A stretch of DNA of 64,000 nucleotides from Bilabrum cf. latius (Eukaryota), in NCBI GenBank assembly GCA_965178125.1, contig OZ237758.1, positions 868,001 through 932,000 on the forward strand, read 5' to 3'. Below the pieces are notes generated by a model, which saw only the letters and a list, made by a program, of their open reading frames with translations, was not told where the DNA came from and made no database searches. Made by a program: the position numbers and the translations under genes. Positions 61,383-64,000 of this stretch are shown piece after piece. Positions within the stretch are counted from its first letter, which is position 1, and every line of letters begins with the position of its first letter.

Positions 61383-61741
61383 ATCCTTGCGATCGATTTT
61401 GCTGTGGGCTCTGGATCATTTGCTGAAGCAACTTATGTGGCGAAAAAAGCAATAACGTTTATTGCAAGTAATGCAGAAGGTTTGACGTATACTTCCCAAG
61501 TCATGTCTGCGATTCGATCTGTAAGAGAGTGTGCTACAGCACGATCACTCTCGTGACAATGAACTATCCGGATGCTTTGATCGATTAGATTCAAAGTCAC
61601 AAAAGACCATCCGAATCGTGAGAGTATGCTCTTAGCAACATAATTACACAATCTGTCTACGTTTGATAAGTCTTTGTATTATTTTTGGCGCTCCATGATT
61701 TAATTTCTTTCTGCTAGTTTGTTTCGCATGCGGTGTTTCAA
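61383..61741 (+). pseudogene. Diverged partial duplicate of the RRP43-like 3' end and 3' flank (source about 60554-60914)
   Basis: Near-identical CTTGCGATCGATTTTGCTGTGGG...CGATCACTCTCGTGACAATGAACTAT...ATGCGGTGTTTCAA, with small indels and no 5' part of the gene. Confidence 0.85.
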
Positions 61742-62101
61742 CTGTTTTAGATCCACGGTAGTTGAGTTGTGATTCCAATTTGTCAATTTCTTAATCCCTT
61801 GCTTGTCGAAATTAGTGTGACGCACTGTTATCACATTATCCCATATTTACAACCGATGCTCAATTGCATGACATTGCATCGAACATGTCCACGTGTAATT
61901 GTGCTACAAGTAAGTGAGACTGCTTCGGCATATTGCAGGCAGATGCAGTACACATGCTCACCAAACATAGCATGCAGTATGGAACGGGCTTGATCAGCAA
62001 AAGGTGATCAAGAGTTACTGACAAGAAATAATATTGATCATTGTATGGCAACATGGATACAGTTAATCTAACTGGAGCATGATAAGAAAAATTGTATAGA
62101 T

Positions 62102-63637
62102 TCAATCAATTGCATTCAGAATTGACGTTGTAGTTGTCGCGAAAAGTGAGAACACCCCAAACAGCATCAGAGCTGCACTCGGTAGAATCTCTTGTAGCAC
62201 AGTGGAGCATGACGTAGGGGCATCCTCACCCCGCCAAATGACTAGGCGAAGGGCACCTGGCATAATAAAACCAATGATCGTTGCACTCACCCCTCCTGTA
62301 AGCTCTAATACTATTCCTAAATCCTCGACGACCATTGCAATCCCAACAGTTGATGCCCAAATCAACAGAGATACAGCTACATGAGACCACATGCTCAACT
62401 CAAGCTTAGTCCTGACTGCTTGCTAAACTGCAACCCGAGATGGTTCAATATCTTCTGCAGCAGGTGCTGATGCGCTACTTTCGTCGTCAACAAGGGAGGG
62501 TTGGTGACCACCCTGTTCATCCTCCACTTCCATGTAAAGACCAAAAAGAGAGCCAATACAATGCCGAACAACGAACACTTCCATTGGATAAGTGAGTATC
62601 ATAGTAGCTGCATACCCAACACGAGTTAAATTGGCCCACTCGTCGGAGTCCTGATAGTTGTTAAGTACATTTGCCATTGTGACTCCCCCAAACGTAACAT
62701 AGCCAACGACACCAAGGCAAATCGAAGCCAGAAATGCAACTATGAGGCTTAGTCGAGCAGTGTGTCGCCAAAGATCCAACGAAGGCTCGTCAAGACTATG
62801 GAAAACCAAAAAGCTGTTATGGTGGCAGACGTATGCAAATGCAAACACTCCTATCGATGGTAACGCGTCCTTTCCAAAAAGCACAACGCCATCGCTTTCA
62901 TCTTGCGCATCAGATGCTGAATCGGTTTCCCCGGCGCCCGTTGCTAAACGAGCGATCGTAAAAGCCAATATCCATGCGACTGCGGCCAGAGAAATTCCCG
63001 AAGACCAAGACAGGGTTGACATGTTTCCAACCATCGAAAGCGGCAAAACAACAACAAATGCAACACCCCCTAGAATGACTCGCCGCAACCAGCTAGGAGG
63101 ATCATCATCGTCTCCTATAGCCCAGTGGGCCACAACTGTGCTCAAGGTATCTGTCATGATAATCAGGTACGCGCAGCAAGCACCATAGCCGAATAGGGCG
63201 TTGGCAATGTTCACAGTGGCCCACCCATAGTTACCAAACACCCTGCCTGCCAGTGATTCGTAGTCTTTCTCGTGCAGAAGTACGCCTAGGCGTATGATCA
63301 AGGTCACGCCAAAGTACGTCGCAAGCGCGATTCCAAGCAAGAGAATAGTTCCCAGAACGATCCCAGCCTCCTACATTGCGAAAGGCAGCCCAATGATCCC
63401 GGCACCAATAATTGAGTTAATGAAATTTGAGCTCGCACCAAGCATAGTTGATCCGTTTTGCTGCTACTAACGCTACTCCGCGCTGTCCTACTGCTTGACA
63501 GGGGCAAAGACAGCCGTTTGTTCCTGATGGGTCTGCCCCGCACTGGTGTCCCGACTGGTGGCACCACCCTCCTCAACCGGCACAGAGGGAGTACTCCTGA
63601 CACCAGATAGTTCTATTTCTTCCAACTCGTCAGCCAT
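62102..63637 (-). CDS. Amino acid transporter, Aa_trans/SLC38A11-like, 511 aa, 6 in-frame TAG
   Basis: NFINSIIGAGIIGLPFAM*EAG, FAFAYVCHHNSFLVF, ILTYPMEVFVVR and DLGIVLELTGGVSA motifs, with multiple TMs. Ends TGA. Confidence 0.9.
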
Positions 63638-64000
63638 GATGAGACCTTTGCAGCAGTCTCAAGATGAGGTGAGATGCCATGGTGGTGGGTTCAATTTGTG
63701 GTTCGATTCGGAGTCCACGAGAAATTGGACCATCACGGTACTAGTAGCCGAAGGTGTTAGATAAGTCCGGCATAGAACCGCGCAGATTCGTTCGATGGCA
63801 AGCATTAAGTCTGAGTCTGTCCTCTTCCGAGACAGGGACGTGGCTTTGTCACTTTTAACATAGATTGGGAGCACTGCAACGAAGGCAGCTGCCAGGCAAG
63901 ATGCTGTCGCAAAGCTCGGGGCAACTGTGAGCCGCTAAATTTATCTGTGTTGACTATTCATGCGCTCTTGCTGATCTGCATACGTTCGTTTGGCGCTGTT

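Noticed and set aside
3694-63637. Interpreting the interrupted genes as a cluster of pseudogenes or as sequencing errors
   Set aside because: The interruptions are exclusively TAG, host genes have no frameshifts, conserved motifs are intact, and TAG falls at Gln-type positions.
1-64000. A tRNA-Gln(CUA) or eRF1 gene that would explain the code change
   Set aside because: No tRNA cloverleaf or release factor gene was seen by eye in this window. A genome-wide tRNAscan-SE and homology search is needed.

Overview
A gene-dense, GC-rich eukaryotic (protist-like) nuclear region with short GT-AG introns. The main result is that it uses a non-standard genetic code: TAG is a sense codon, most likely Gln, while TGA and TAA still act as stops. 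Reading TAG as sense joins the fragmented ORF track into about 23 coherent genes. These include an RCC1-repeat protein, a glycosyltransferase-like protein, CNOT11, EF-1alpha, an FAD oxidoreductase, a Cache-HAMP-TPR-vWA receptor-like protein, SCY1-like, a five-TM2 protein, NF-YC, a membrane DJ-1/PfpI protein, DUF866/CZIB, DOHH, Sds3-like, NDUFA1-like, RRP43-like and an SLC38-like transporter. By manual count about 75-80 in-frame TAGs fall in 17 genes, with no internal TAA or TGA in intact genes. Other elements: a 3.9-kb piggyBac-like transposon (18-bp TIRs, apparent ATAC target duplication, transposase also using TAG), a solo copy of its end, a 1375-aa orphan membrane ORF with a long GAGPAQQA array, a 3-kb irregular G/C-skewed satellite, and several over-represented 9-12-bp motifs scattered through coding DNA. 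The organism cannot be identified from this window. All family assignments are from recalled motifs, not database searches.
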